From the human T2T-CHM13v2.0 reference genome, Homo sapiens, in NCBI RefSeq assembly GCF_009914755.1, contig NC_060939.1: a stretch of DNA of 64,000 nucleotides. One strand, written 5' to 3'. A program made the translations under genes and the position numbers. How positions within the stretch are numbered: position 1 is the first letter of the stretch; every line of letters starts with the position of its first letter. Positions 43,465-58,155 of this stretch are shown piece by piece. The notes below the pieces were generated by a model that made no database searches, was not told the DNA's origin, and worked only from the letters and a program-made list of their open reading frames with translations.

Positions 43465-44839
43465 CTATATTATGTTTTAAATCATCTCTTCAAACAGAAA
43501 CAATTCTAGGTAAACAGTAATTCTCCAGGTAGTGTTTCTTGACTTGACCAATTGGCATGATGCCTTCATCTGTTGAGAGCTTTCCATGAACTCAGTATTA
43601 GATGGGATCCTACTGTACTGGATGGGACTTCACAGTAATGTCACTTTGTTAGGCTCATCAGAGTCTAAACCACTCTAATTTTGACTCTGAGAACAACATC
43701 TTCCATTACTAAAATTATTCAAATAAAGTATTCTCCAGAATCAAACAGCTTGTCCCCCACACCCACTAAATTATTTCAATTATATCCTAAGGGTCCATTC
43801 CTTCTCTTCTACATATATACAGTGGGTAGTGACTCACTGTGGAAACAATGACAAATGCTCTGCAAACTGCTTTAGATAGGAAGATACAAGCCTCCCTTTG
43901 CAGAGACTGATAAATGACAGAGGCCAAAGAAGGAGACATGTAGTTGCACAGAGACTGGGGAGATAACAGTATAAGGACAAGATAAACCTCCATCTCTGAG
44001 GTAAAGAATGACAATGATTAGGAAGCTGCCTCACTACAGATGGTTCCCCTCATTGCCCTCCAGAGGAACTTATCCACCAACAGTGGGAAGCCCATTACTC
44101 ATGAAGTGTCCACTTTGAAATGATGTTCAACTCTGCTCCTGGGGATGTAACAAACCACCAACCCCAGCAAAACTTTCTTCCATGAATAACCACAAATATG
44201 ACGGTTTGGACCAATGTAAGCCCTCACCTACTCACGCAGAAACATAAACTTTGCCTTGAATATCTTCTTTGGAGATGGAAGCACTAGTGGACTGCCCAAG
44301 ACTTCCTTTAACACCAAAATGGAACTAAGAAGAATTAGCCTAAAATTTTCTGCTGAACAAGGAGGTTGGAAGAACACACTATCAAGTTATATATAAATTA
44401 GTTCTATGTCATCATTGAGCACACTAATGGTGTAGATGTCAGTCAATACCACGGGAAAATACCCATTCAAATGAATCATTCCATATAGTACCCAGTGTAG
44501 AAAGAGCTCAGGTGTAACAACAGGGAGGCAGTTCAACTGCCCTGCTTCCTGCTTGACTCTCAGCTGCAGGTAAACACATGCCTGCCTTCCTCTGAGCTGA
44601 ATCAGAGAATAGATTGAAGGTTTGGCCTGGGAATGAAAAAAGTGAAGAATAAAGATTGGCTGAATGGATGCTCTGAGGTGACTCCTTTCTCTATAGTATC
44701 ATTGTGAAAATAAGTATTCAGCAGCATCAGAGGAGGAATTTGTTGAAGAAAGAGGATAAAATGAGATTATGTCTGAGAATGGCTGCCAAAATAAAATGGT
44801 GCAAAAGTCAAGTTTTTCTATTGAATTTTATTCTTCAGC

Positions 44840-45304
44840 TTGGGAATTGGCTCACTTAATTATGGAGGCCAAGAAGTCCCATGATCTGCCATCCCCAAGT
44901 GGAGAACCAGGAAAGCCACTGCCATAATTCAGCCTAAGTCCAAAGGTCCAAAAACCAGGGGAGCTAATGTTGTAAACCCTGCTGGTTTGGCTTCAAAGGC
45001 CTGAGAACCAGGAGCACCAGTGTCCCCAAGCTGGAGGAGACAGAGTGTCTGAGTCAAACAGAAAGAGTAAATTTGCTGTGGTTTCTTTTGTTGTTGTTGT
45101 TGTTGTTGTCGTCCTATTCTAGCCCTCAAGGGATTAGATGATGGTCACCCACATTGGTGAAGGTGGATCTTCTGTGCTCTGTCTAGTCATTCAAATGCTA
45201 ACGTCTTCCAGAAACACTCTCACAAACATAACCAGAAACAATGTTTTACCAGCTATCTAGACATCCCTTTGCCCTGTCAAGTTGATACACAAAAAACCAT
45301 CATA
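44840..45304 (-). mobile_element. MLT2B-like solo LTR with internal (TTG)n
   Basis: GGAATTGGCTCAC..AATTATGGAGGCCAAGAAGTCCCATGATCTGCC...GTCAAGTTGATACAC..AACCATCA. Confidence 0.85.
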
Positions 45305-46099
45305 AGTAGGAATACTTGTGAAGTATATGTAAATATCTCTGAAAACATGGTAACTTGAGTCAAAGTGAAAGTTAAATGAAGGAGTGAGCCAAGCAGTACT
45401 CAGGGAGGAGAGTGGCCTTGGCAGAGATACCAGGAATGTCAAGCAAAGCTCAAGAGAAGGGAAGGGTAAGAGAGGCATTAGAGGGAGATCCTGCAGGTCA
45501 GAGAGGTCATGGAAGATCTTTAGATTGTATTATGAGTAAGGTGAGCATCTCTATACTTACAAGCAAAAAAGTGACTGCTGAGAATAACTGAAAAAATGGG
45601 ATAAGGTCAGAGATAGGATCCACATTCTGGACATCTTGCCCTGTACTTCTGGGTGGCAGAAGACCGCAGAATGTCCATACATTCAGCTTTCCCTGTTAGA
45701 TGATTCTTTAGACCTCTAGAGCTGACTCCTTACATCCCATTCTCACTGGCTTGCTCAGGCAGGTGAGGTGAGATCTAAAGATAAGTCCTGGGTGTCCTTG
45801 CTCCTTGGATCAGTCAGATGAGCCCTGTCTCTTCTGTTGCTCCATCAAAGACCTGTGCACAGACGATGAAGTACAAAGAGTGTTCACTAAAGACAAGAGG
45901 TTCCCATGCATGTCACTAACATTACCAGAGCTTATTGTATCCGATAGTTGTTTTTGTCTTCCTAAAATGGACCTGCACACAACAAGGAAGCTGCTTGAAC
46001 TGGGACAGTCCTTTAGCCTTCCTGTGACTCACAGTGGCATCCTCAATGTCTTGTACTCTACAAGTGTTAATTAAAAGAAACTTGGTGAGAAAAACAAGA

Positions 46100-46370
46100 G
46101 TAATCCTAATGTATCCATTTATTCATCCATCATTTTCCTACATGTGCTTATTAAGCACCTGCTGTGTCCTAAGCAGGGATTTGTACAGTGATGCAGCAGT
46201 GAACAGAACAGACAGGTTCTACCTTAATGGAGGAAGAGAGAAACAGTAAAGAATTATATAAACAGTAAGATAATTTCAAACGCTATTATGAAAAAAACAT
46301 AGAGCATCAAAGACTTAGGACATTGTTTGGGCTGCAGGGTGAAGGCAGCATTAGGTAGCATCATCAGGAT
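46100..46370 (-). mobile_element. L2 3' end fossil
   Basis: ATTCATCCATCA...TATTAAGCACCTGCTGTGT...GCAGTGAACAGAACAGAC. Confidence 0.65.
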
Positions 46371-49300
46371 CAGTCTCTTCTACTAGTGTTTGGGATCAAC
46401 CTCGAGTACCAAGAAGAAACCGGACTGGCAAAGATCTGCAGTGATTGCAGCTAGCACAGTTACTGTAGTACCCCAGTGGCCACTGGTGGTTAATAATCCC
46501 AGAAACAAGGTTGTTGTGGGTAGGCATACTGAAGTTAATGCAACCACAAAAAGCAAGCAGAAGAGCAAAAATACCCAGTAAGTCCTCTTTTGAGCAAGCC
46601 CAAGTGGGAAGTCACGGTTTGTGGCAGTCAACCTCAGGACTGCACTCTCTGAATTGCCCTGATGGCTGCCAGCCTCCTAAGGGCCTTGGCTGTCATGCAG
46701 TGACCCTCTGAACTGCTCCTTCCTTCTGCCTTATGCCCCTAGCCTCCAGGCTGTCTGCTCTTCCAGGACCAGCTGCCAAAGTCAGCCTCTGCTCTGGGAA
46801 ATACTACAGACCATGACCAATCTGTATTTGGGCATAAAGCACCAGATGTGTGCACTGTGACAGTGATGGTTCCAGCTCTGACAGGAGGGCAAAGTTCTCA
46901 GGCTGTCTGATTCCATCTCTTTGTATCCTGGGAGATAAGGTAGCCTTTGAGAATATAGAAGAGAACAGATACTAATGCCTTATTTATCTGCTATTGTAGG
47001 CAAAGGATGTTTTCCACTTAGGGGGCAATTCCAGGTAACAGAAGTTTATTCCTCTGCCTCCTAATTAAAAAGCAACAACAGCAAAAGACACACTGATTTT
47101 ATTTGCTTATACGCCATAAAGCATCAAACACACACACACGCGCACGCACACACACACAAACATATTTGTTTTGGTTTAGTCTTGAGCAAGTGGGATTGAA
47201 ACATTTCTATGATGGGTGACAATCTACCTCCCTGCATTTTCTTAATCTTAATGAACTTAAATGAAACTGCTCTTAATGGCTCGGGGTTATCTGTAAGATT
47301 GGAGGATCTAACAAGGTTCAGAAAATGGAACTGGGCTACTAGGTATTTGGAGAGCAACTACCTTCTTTCAGTTTCGTTTTCTTCCCAAATTTTTCAAATT
47401 CTCCCCCTTGCTGTTACCTTCCCAGCTATCACTTCTTATTGTTACCACAGTCATTGCTGCAGTATAATCACTCCACCCACCTTTTCTCACTCCCATCCTC
47501 CATTCAATCCTAGTCTGTTCTAGGTTTGGCAACTGATTAGAAATGTGCCCAGAATTATTAAATAGTCATATTATGAATGAGAACTTGAGATAAACTTCTA
47601 TGGAAAAAATGGTACATGATTATGAATGTGAACCCTTTGACGCATATTGATGGATTTTTACCTTGAGCCCAGTGTTGAAAGTGCCCCAGATAAGTAGGAA
47701 GTGAAGTTTAGAAACGTATTTCTAAATAACAAAAGGAGATTTTGTTATTATTGTAATTATGACTTTAATGACCTCTTCTGGGAACCTGCATTTAAATATT
47801 TAGGCTGGTAGGTATTACTCAGATATTAGAGCAGATATTATGCCTTTGTATCATAGAAAGAACATTGGACTGGAAGCCATGAAAACTGGTCCTAGTCATT
47901 GCTTGGTTACTAAATGCTTGTGTGATGCTGTGAATGCTACCTAACTGATGAACTCTAAAATGGGTCACGTCGTAATAGTCAATCTGCCTCATAAAGTTTC
48001 TTTGAAAATGAACTGAGGAAATGAGAGTGGAAAATTCCTTGAAAAACAAAAATACCATAAGCATGAATGTGTATTTGCAGTTAATTATTCTTTCAGTCTC
48101 TGTCCTAATTTCTTTCACGGTAATGACTAGTAGAAACCAGAATATTAAAGAAAAAGACGGCCAAGTCAAAAACATAAATGCAAAGCAGTCAAATCAACAA
48201 TAACGAATAGAAATCATCAGGAAAAAAAAAACACGTTCCTCATAAACAAAGTGATTATTTGATTGTAAATGAGTAGTATGAAAACTGGCATAATTGTGCC
48301 ATTTTTTTCCAACAAAATTTTAGATAATTTCAACTCTGTTTAAAATGCCACTGATTAGCACACTGGACTAGAAGCTGGGAAAACTGGGTCTCTGCATTGA
48401 CTTGTGTAAAATAAAGTAGCTGTGCAATCTTGGGAAGATTACTTCCCCTCTGTGGATCTAATTTTTCTGAAGAATGAAGGCATTGCAACACCATTCTTCA
48501 ACTCTCCCTTTCTTGCTCCTTCTAGGATGTAAAATAAGAGGAGTAGCAAGATCCCCTTTGTCAGGGACATGGGCCATCTGTTGAAGGGAGACTGGGAATT
48601 CTGGGGACCAGAGTAGCACGATTTCCCCATCTCTCTGCATGTAGAACAAGGACATCATCCACAGGTTATGAGCTGCTGGAGGGCAGGTACTGTGTCCTGC
48701 GTTGGTCAAGCAGTAACGACTTGACACTTCATCAATGACTATCATTAATCAATGCAACAACACCTTTATGGCCCTTTCTTCTATGCTCCAATGGTCATAG
48801 TTCAATTAGGAGCACACCAGGTAAACAGTGGGAGGCGGCTAATTTAGTGTGCCCTCAATTGGGTACCCAGAATGGCTGGCACATATATACCCCAATGTAT
48901 GAGGGGGTCATTCCTACTGGTTTGTTAAATACTTTAGGAGTCATGTTGTCACACATAAGAAGCATCCATGGCTGCCTCATTTTAGATAACCTGGGAGCCA
49001 TGTACAGGGCACTACCTTAACCAGGTCTCTAGCTAAAATTATTCCTTTAACTTTAATCTTTTTGTGTATGTTTTATAATTGTACATCAGAAAAATGCAAA
49101 CACTCAAGGTTAATGTATTTAATTAATTTAAAGTGCACAGGTGATAAAATGGATCACCCCTAATTTGTTGGCTAGTGCCAAGGGGTTGTCATGCCAAAAG
49201 GTACTTACTAATTTAAAGAATGATTTGGCCCTGTTCTTTGATCTCCAAATCTAATCTCCAGTTCAGATGGAAATCTCAGATGTCCAGCTTATATCAAACA

Positions 49301-49862
49301 CAATCTCTTCTCCCAGAAGAAGACTTGCCTCAATACTTCTCAGCTAAATGGTACTAGAAAAAATGCACACCCATAGAAAAAGCTATGACCTTCAAAGGTC
49401 AAGATAATAAAATTAGTAGAGGAGTGATAACCATCTCAGATCACTGTCTCCTGGGTAACCAATGGTCATGTCAGGCTGCTGCAGAAACTAGTTGTTCAGT
49501 ACTGATTCAGAGACAGGGTTGGATACAGTATAGAAATCCAGAGTTGTTGACAACATTAATTGAGCTGAAGCAGGTCATTTCATTTAATCCTGTTGGGCTT
49601 TAGTATCTCTATATGCATAATAAGGCCATTGTTTTAAAAAAGAAAGAATTACACACTTTTGCTTCCACTCTGGACTCTAACATCTAAGTCAGATATTGCT
49701 ATCTGATGCTAGTACACTTTGATATCTCAGATTCCTTCCCAAGACAGTGCTCTAAGACATTGCTTACCAGTCAAGCAGAATAGACATGTGAGATGTGTAT
49801 TTGAGATCTTTGATCTAGAGGAGGAGTTGCTTAGATGCAAACAAGTGGAGGCCACTAGTGGC

Positions 49863-50073
49863 ATTGGTGTTACAGGAAATGTTTAGCAAACAATTTTCCA
49901 GAAAAAGAAGCACTAGGCAGAGTTGATTTGGTAGCATTCGCCAATTTCCACTGTGTCAGCATTCCCACTGTGGCCATTTGGAGCTAGCAACACATCAATT
50001 GTCTTGCAAAATTCTTAACAATTTTACAGAAGACTCCTGTTGTCCACTCTAAGTCAGCTCCACCACACTTCTG
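49863..50073 (+). mobile_element. MER63-type hAT DNA transposon
   Basis: Degenerate TIRs, with 8-bp TSD-like CTAGTGGC (49855-49862) / GTAGTGGC (50074-50081). Confidence 0.6.
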
Positions 50074-50259
50074 GTAGTGGCCTCCTGGCTGAGTTGTAGT
50101 AGAATCTGTAAACTCAATGAAATTCAATGCAAAAGTTGTATATAATCATCTACATTTTTCTGTGTAGCTGGCCCAGAATTTTTATGAGATGTATCATGAG
50201 TTCATGGTCCCAAATGGGTTAAAAAACACTACCTAGAAGATATCTAAGGAAGATATTAC

Positions 50260-50485
50260 AATTAATAGCTGGTTCAATTCTCCTTCTTACTTGCCCCCCT
50301 TGTAGTTAAGAAGGCCATGTAACTAATTCTGGGAGGTGATCCATGAGCACACGTGACATCTGTCACTTCCAAGGCTAAGCTGTGCATTTTGAATCTGTTT
50401 GCCTGGGTTTCTGGGTAACTACATGGAACAGAGGCCCTGCTAATCCACAATAGGTAATAACATAGTAAGAAATAAATCTTAAGCC
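50260..50485 (+). mobile_element. Old MLT1-type LTR (5' part; resumes ~53745-53815)
   Basis: CCCCTTGTAGTTAAGAAGGCCATGTAACTAATTCTGG...AGAAATAAATCTT; continuation TGTTAAGTCAC...ACCACAGCA after the L1. Confidence 0.55.
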
Positions 50486-53400
50486 AGAATAGATGAATGA
50501 CAAGCAGATTGAAGTAGTAATTTAAAAACCTTCCAACAAAGAAAAACCCAGGACCAGATGGCTTTACAGCTGAATTCTACCACACTTTCAAAAAATAATT
50601 AATATTAATACTTCTTAAACTCTTTCAAAAAATAAAGCTGTAAGGAATACTTTCTAACACATTTTGTGAGGAACAAATCACCTTGACATTTTAGGCCCAG
50701 GCAAAGGTACCAGAAGAAAACTGCAGGCCAATATCTCTGATGAATATTGTTGCAAAAGTCCTCAACAAAAAATTTGCAAATTGAATTCAACAACAGATTA
50801 AAAAAGATTATACATCATGATCAAGTAGAATGTAGCCCTTTCATGCAAGACTGGCTTAACATACATAAATCAATCACATTAATAGACTAAAAGACATAAA
50901 TCAAATATGATATCAAATTGATTTAGAAAAACATTTGACAAAACTCCACATACTTTCTTGTGAAAACTCTTAAAATGTTGGGTATAGATAGTTTCTGCTA
51001 TAGTTTGGATGTCTGTTCTCCCAAACCTCATGCTGAATTTGATTCCAATGTTGGAGGTGGGGCCCTAATGGGAGGTGTTTGGGTCACGGGGTCAGATTCC
51101 TCAAAAATAGATTAATGTCCTCCTTTGGGGAGGGGGTGAATGAGTTCTCACTCTGTAAATTCCTCTATGAGGTGGTTTTTATAAACAACCTGGCATCTTC
51201 CCCTTCTCTCTCTTTCTTCCTCTGTTGTCATGTGATCTCTGCACACACTGGCTCCGCTTCCCTTCTACCATGATTGGAAACAGCTTGAGGCCCTCACCAG
51301 ATGAAGATACTGGCACCATGCTTCTTGTCCAGCCTGCAGACCCATGAGACAAATAAATCTCTGTTCTTCATAAATACCCAGCCTTAGGTATTCCTCTATA
51401 GTGACACTAGATGGACCAAGACAGTTTGTTAACATAATATAGACCATTTATGAAAAACTCACAGCTAACATGATAATCATAGAGAAAACTGAAAGCTTGT
51501 CCTGTAAGGTCTGAAACAAGACAGGAAGGCCTATTCTTGAACTTCTATTCCACAGAGTACTAAAATACCATCAAGGGTAATTAGACAAGAAAAATAAATA
51601 AAAGGTATCCAAAACAGAAAGGAAGAGGTAAAATTATCTTTCTCAGATAATATTACATGATCCTATGTCTAGAAAACCCCAAAGCCTCCACCAAAAAAAC
51701 TGCTATGTTAGATCTGATAAATGAATGCAGTAACATTGCAGAATATAAAGTCAACATACAAAAATCCATGGCTTTTCTATATACAAATGGCAATGTAGCC
51801 AAAAAAATCAAGAAACAATCCCATTCACAATAGCATCAAAAATAATATACTTAGGAATAAATTTAACCAAGGAGGTGAAAGACCTGTACACTGAAAACTA
51901 GAGAATATGGGCGAAATAAATTAAAAAGGACAAATATAAATGAAAATATATTCCATGCTTGTGTATTGAAAGAATATTGTTAAAATGTCCATAGTACCTG
52001 AAATAATACATAGATTCCATGCAATGCCTATCAAAATTCCAATGGCATTCTTCATAGAAATAGAAAAAATAATCCTAAAATTCATATGGAACCACAAAAG
52101 ACTCCAAATGGCTAATGAAATTCTGAAGGAAAATAGAAACGATACAAAGTTTAAGAAATCACACTTCCTAATTAAAATTATATCACAAAGCTATAGTAAT
52201 CAAAACAGTAGCAAAAACAGACACATAGACCATGGAAGAGAAGAGAGATCCCAGAAGTACATTTAACCATATATGGCCAATTAATTTTTGATAAGGGCAC
52301 AGAAAGACACAATGAGGAAAACATAGTCTATTCAATAAATGTTGCTGGGGAAACTAGATTTTTATATGCAAAATGTAAATGGAAACTTTCTCTTACACTA
52401 TACGTAAAACTCAACTCAGGTTGGATAAAAGACTTAAACATAAAACCTGGAACCATAAAACTCCTTGAAGAAAACATAGGGGAAAATCTCCTTGACATTG
52501 GCCTTGGCAATGATTTTCTGGCTACAACACCAAAAGCTCAGGCTATAAAAGCAAAAATAAATAAATGGAACTACATCAAACTAAAAAACTTCTGCACAAC
52601 AAAGTAAAGAATGAAATGAAAAGGCAACCTATGTATTGGAAAACAATATTTGCAAACCATATATCAGATAAGGGATTAATATCCAGGATTTATAAAAACT
52701 CATACAACTCAATATTAAGAAAACATATAACCTGATTAAAAAGTAGCCAATGGACTTGAATATGTATTTCTCTAAAGACACCATTAAATGGGCAATGGGT
52801 ACATGAGAAGGTTTTCAACCTCACTAATTATCAGAGAAATGCAAATCAAAACCACTATGAGCTACAACATCACACTTGTTAGAATAGCTATTGTCAAACA
52901 AAGAATAGATAACAAGTTTTGGCGAGGATGTAGAGAAAAGGAAACCCTTGTACACTGTTTGAAATGTAGCTTGGTGTGGCCAATGGAAAAGTGTGTGGAG
53001 ATTTCTAAAAAAATTAAGAGTAGAACTACCTATGATTCAGCAATTCATCTTCTGGGTACATATCCAAAAGAAATGAAATCACCATCTCATAAACTTATCC
53101 ACAATGCATCAAAATTCACAATAGTCAAGATATGGAAATAACCTAGTTGTCTATCGATGAATGAATGGATAAAGAAACTATGGTACAGATACACAATGGA
53201 ATATTATGCAGCCTTAAAAAGGGTGGAGATGCTGACATCTGCCCCAACGTAAATGGACCTGAAGGACATTGTGCTAATTTAAATAAGCAGATCACAGAAA
53301 GAAAAAATATTGCATGACTTCACTTATATGTGGTATCTAAAAAAAAGAAAAAAAAGAAAAAAAAAGAAAGAACAGAAAATGAAAGGGAGAAAAAAAGTCA

Positions 53401-53738
53401 AACATACAGAGATAGAGAATATAGAGAATCATGACTATGGCCACAGTTGGGGGAGAAAATGGGGAGATGCAGTTCAAAGGATAAAAGGCAGCAAATATAT
53501 AGAATAAACAAGCTGAAAAATCTAACTTATAACATGATGGCTATAGTTAATAACAGTGTATTGTGTTGGAGTTTTGCTCAATGACTAGATTATTGCTGCT
53601 TTTGACATGGAAGGCAGTGATGGGTAAATGTATGAGATAATGGACATATTAATCTGTTCCACTGTAGTATATGTGTAGCTTAAAACAACATGTCATATAC
53701 CTTAAATATAAACAAAAGTAACTTTATTTAAAGAAAAA
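50486..53738 (+). mobile_element. 5'-truncated L1MA-type element (ORF2 RT to 3' end, disabled)
   Basis: PGPDGFTAEFY-type motif at ~50550, ORF2 remnants ([24 protein letters not shown]), 3'UTR and A-rich end. Confidence 0.92.
50996..51423 (+). mobile_element. MSTB-like MaLR solo LTR nested in the L1
   Basis: TGCTATAGTTTGGATG...GGACCAAGACA. TSD GTTTC / GTTTG. Confidence 0.9.
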
Positions 53739-56700
53739 ACAGCTGATACTGTTAAGTCACCTAGATTGGAGGGTGAATGTGATACCACAGCAAAGTCTAG
53801 ATGATTGTAAACAATACAATTAATAATGTGCTTTCCGGACCTTAAATTACATAAACTTGAATAAATTATCTGAGATGTTACAGTTGGAATCCTAAATTGA
53901 ATTATTATTCCATGAATAATCCTTTCTTGGAAAAGCTTTGCCCTCAGCTGTCATCTGAGGCCCATAGTCTAACCTTAGATAATTTTACTTTCCTTACGAG
54001 TTATAACTTTCTTCAAGTTTACTTTTCAAGCAGCCAGACCGGACAGTGGGACCACTGTGCCCCATGAAGGACATGGGTTATTATTTATTGAGAACTCCTA
54101 TCACATGCCTTGCACTTTATCTATTTAGGAAACATTCGCAGTGTACATCAGAACATATCAATAGCACCTTTGGTGAGTGCTATGTACCACATGTTCAGAG
54201 GTTGATCAACCAAGCAGACTTGGCCTTAGATACTTATGAGAAAGGCAGTTATTTGTGATTTAATTTGAGAGACTCTATGTATGCTCCCAGGACATAGACA
54301 ACTTCCCAATGAGTTTATAACCCACCCTAAAGTTCTACCATTGAAATTATATCCCTTTGTCCAATTTAAAAATATAAATTACCCTGGGAAGGACATAAAT
54401 CAATCACCAGTCACTCCCATCATTGAGGGAAAGTGACACTTGAGAGAATTATTTTTTGTAAGTTGGGTGAGGGCAATGTATTAAAAACCTGGAGCTTTTG
54501 TGAGAGAAGAGAAAAAGGTGAGGGAAAAAAGGGGTCACTTGGGAGTGAGAACATGCCTGGAAAACCCACCTTTAAATCCCTCAGAAATGCATGAATTAGT
54601 AAAAGAAGGTACAATTATCACTGACATTTTACATGTGAGAAAAAGAATGGAAGTTGGAGCAGCTAAATGTCTTGTCTTAGGTAACACAGCTTATAAGTGA
54701 TAAAGAATTGACTTAAACCCAGGGCGAATATGATACTACCATTGTTGCTATCATTGTTTATTCCTAATACACAATATTTTTCCTTTTTCATTTATTCTAC
54801 CTCTAACATGTAGAAACAATCTTCTTTTTCCAGATTTCATTTCATCTAGAATTCATGGACCATAAGGGCTCCCGAAGAAAAGTCAGAAGCAACATTGCTT
54901 AGTATATGGCAGAGATCAAACTATGGCCGAGGACTAGCTTGGGACTGCCTGTGCTTCTCATTCCTGTCTGAGGAAAGGTGGGGAGGGCTCAGAAGTGCAC
55001 AGAGAGAAGGTGTTCGATATTGTATAATGTTTGACCTGCAGCCATCTGTTCACTCAACTTATGCATTTACTTTTGTTCAAGCAACAAATATCTCTGGCTT
55101 CCCTACTATGCCAGACACTCTCCTATATACAGAGGTGGAGAAAATAAACTCTGTTCTCATGGAGTTAACAGTGTGAAGGGAGAGAAACAACAAGGAATAA
55201 ATGAATAAATAAAATGCATTTGTGGCAAATGCTATGAAAGGAAAAATAGTACCTTGTGAAATGAAGCTCTTCGATGAAAACTTCTAATGCAGGGGTGGAT
55301 GGTACTGGCATGTAATCCCCACATTTTTTTTTTTTTTTTTTGGTTGAGAACAATATTTCCACCACTCAGCGACAACCCTGAACTCCAACAAACCCTGTAG
55401 AAACAAAACAAGAAGAGGGCAAAATCAAGTTTGTCACAGGGATACACATAGACGTCTCACAGCGGGAATTTAAAACCCTGGTTTCTCAGGGGACTGTCTT
55501 TATATTCACCACCAGAGCACCTGATGGGGTAAAACAAAGTAGGTGATAACTATCATGGATTTGGCACAACTGGGGACAGTGATAGAGTCTGCACTTGTCA
55601 ACAAGATAGACAAGAAAACTGGGCACGATTTTGACCAAAGAGAGCTAAGAAGGGCGAGTTACAGGGATCAGAAAAACAGGGTAATGATGACCAAGTGCAC
55701 GTGTCTGTAATGTTTTCTTATTCCCTGGTAACCTTATGACATAGTTCTAATTCAACCACAAATATAACAGAGGAGCATGAGCCTATAATATGTCACGTAT
55801 TTTATTATGTTTTATTATATGCCACATTAAGTCTGTATTTGTGGCCAAAAACATAAAATAGCACTGCTTTTAGACACAGCAAGATTATATACTCCTACAG
55901 GAAAAGAGCTTTGGAAAGTTCATCTAATCTTCTTTGTTTTCCAATTTGAAGCAGAGATGAATAACTGAAAGCTTTCAATGTGGACATCAGTGAGGACATT
56001 TCTCCAGGACCTTTGCCTGAAAGACTTACCTGGGATTCCTAGAGTTTTAATTATTCATTCTTAGTAGGCCATAGGGGTCAGCCTGTATAGAGAATCTGAA
56101 AACCAGAACAAGATTAGAAGGTGGTATCAGACTACTGTATATAGCAGAGTTTCCACAGTCAAACATAAGGCTTGAAATCCAAGCTTAACTAATTGCTATG
56201 TGAACTTTGGCCAATTACTCAAGCACTATATTAGTCAGGACCTAACTGGGATTCAGATGCCACATGAATATTTAAGCAGAATGACTTTAATGCAGAATTT
56301 GCACAGGTGATGAACCAGCTTAGAAGCCTAATAGAAGATAGCAATTCTGACATTAGCAATAGCACGAGCCACCACTCCCTTAGACCAGAGGGAAAAGAGG
56401 GAGGGAGTGGTGATGCTACAGCTAGAAGACTAGGATTATTTCAGAAGCTGGCTCCATGGCAGGTCTCATTGTCAGAAGCTGAAACCAAAGAAGAGATGTA
56501 GACGCTGCAAGGGACACAGACAGAAACAAGGGGGTAGAAAGATCTGCCTCCCTTCTATTGGCTACCCCAATCTCTCTTCAGTGTCTGCAAATGACCAAAT
56601 CAAGCCAGAAATTCACTGACACAGAAGCCTGGAGAACACAGGCTGAAGGTGTCAGCTGTCCTGCAATATAGAGCTCAGCTCAATGTGGGCACGTGATCCT

Positions 56701-56751
56701 GAGGTTGTTATTCTTAAAACCGTCATTGTCAAGAAATATTTAAAATGTAGT

Positions 56752-56940
56752 CAGTGGTATGCTGATAAATGTATAACAATTGACTTTCCTTGGGGAGAGC
56801 CCTGACTTGCGTAGCTGGTTCCTATGGTGTGGATACTTTCATCATGTCTAATTTCCAACTGCCTATGTGAAGGCACTGAACATGGCACTGTGAAGATTGG
56901 CTCATACACGTGGGTATAAGTTGGCTCTAGAACAACACTG
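56752..56940 (+). mobile_element. MER63-type hAT DNA transposon
   Basis: CAGTGGTATGCTGATAAATGT...ACAACACTG TIRs. Flanks AATGTAGT / AAAGTAGG. Confidence 0.65.
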
Positions 56941-57789
56941 AAAGTAGGCATATAAAGAAAATAGCAGAAATACTCTACAGATCCAGTAGAAAAAAAAAAT
57001 GCCACTACTAGTGGTTGAAAATTGCAGGGAAATAGGGTTTGGGGCTCTCTTTAACAAAAACTACTAAAATTTGGACTATCCCCTTGTGAGTCCATATATT
57101 CTTCACAATTGGGGCCACATTCACTAGATACCTGGTAATTCTTTACAGATATTTTTTACAAACTCTGTATTGCACAGCCTTGATGGTTCATGTGTTTGCT
57201 ATCCAGAGAGGAATCCCAAACTTCTATATTGTTTTGGAGCCAGGTTGTAATCCCTTGTCTATATAACTTTTCCTGACATTGGAGAGGTGACTCTCAATAG
57301 GAATTGTTTTGCATCTCATTTTTGATGCTATCTTGATGCTTCCTCTTTTCCTTCCTTCAGTTTATATCAGACTGTTTCTCCCCGCATGTCTCATTACCTT
57401 TGTCATCTTGTCATTGAACAAAGCAAGGGGAAACTAACATAGCTCTTCAGAGTGCTTATGCTTGGGTTTCTGATTTCTGACTCTATGGTTATGTGAAAGC
57501 CCTACAGCCATCAATAGACTAGTCAATTCTTCTAAGGAGCAATCCACAGACTTGTTGAATTACTATTGCTTTCGACAATTTAGGAGGCAATCTCTTGGGC
57601 ACACATCAATCCTTGTACCTTAGTGTGGGATTGGCAAGTCTGAAAACATGCTAGAGAATGCACACCTGGTATCTGGAAATACAAATATTCTAATATATGG
57701 TCAAATTTATATGAGTAAAATATCCTTAGCAAAATGTGTCTCTTTTATTTTCTCTGTTTTACATATTGTGTTGGAATCAATCAAGAGTT

Positions 57790-58155
57790 AGCCCATTTAT
57801 TTATTTGCACTTTTAAAAATATTGAAGAATATATGCAAAGTTCAGTTCAAGGACCAGAGGATGTAATGGTGAAAAGAAAGTGATTCTCATTCTCATTATG
57901 CCTTCAAGATGTCCTTAGTCTAGTAGAATAGAAGATACTAAGAACTGACAATTATATTCAATAGTATTGGTATTAAGGAGGGGTAAGCCTCAGGTGCTCT
58001 AGGAGCACTAAGGAAAGGTAGCCTGGGAGATCACCCAGGAGAAGAAATGACTAAGTAAAGATCCAAAATATGTGTAAATGATAGCAAGAATGGAGGAAAG
58101 ACTATTTCAGGTAAAGCTAATAGATTGTGCAAAAGGCAGAAATGAAAGAGAATCA
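57790..58155 (-). mobile_element. L2 fossil
   Basis: L2 antisense motifs, e.g. GGTGCTCTAGGAGCAC and ATTGTGCAAAAGGCAGA. Confidence 0.6.
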
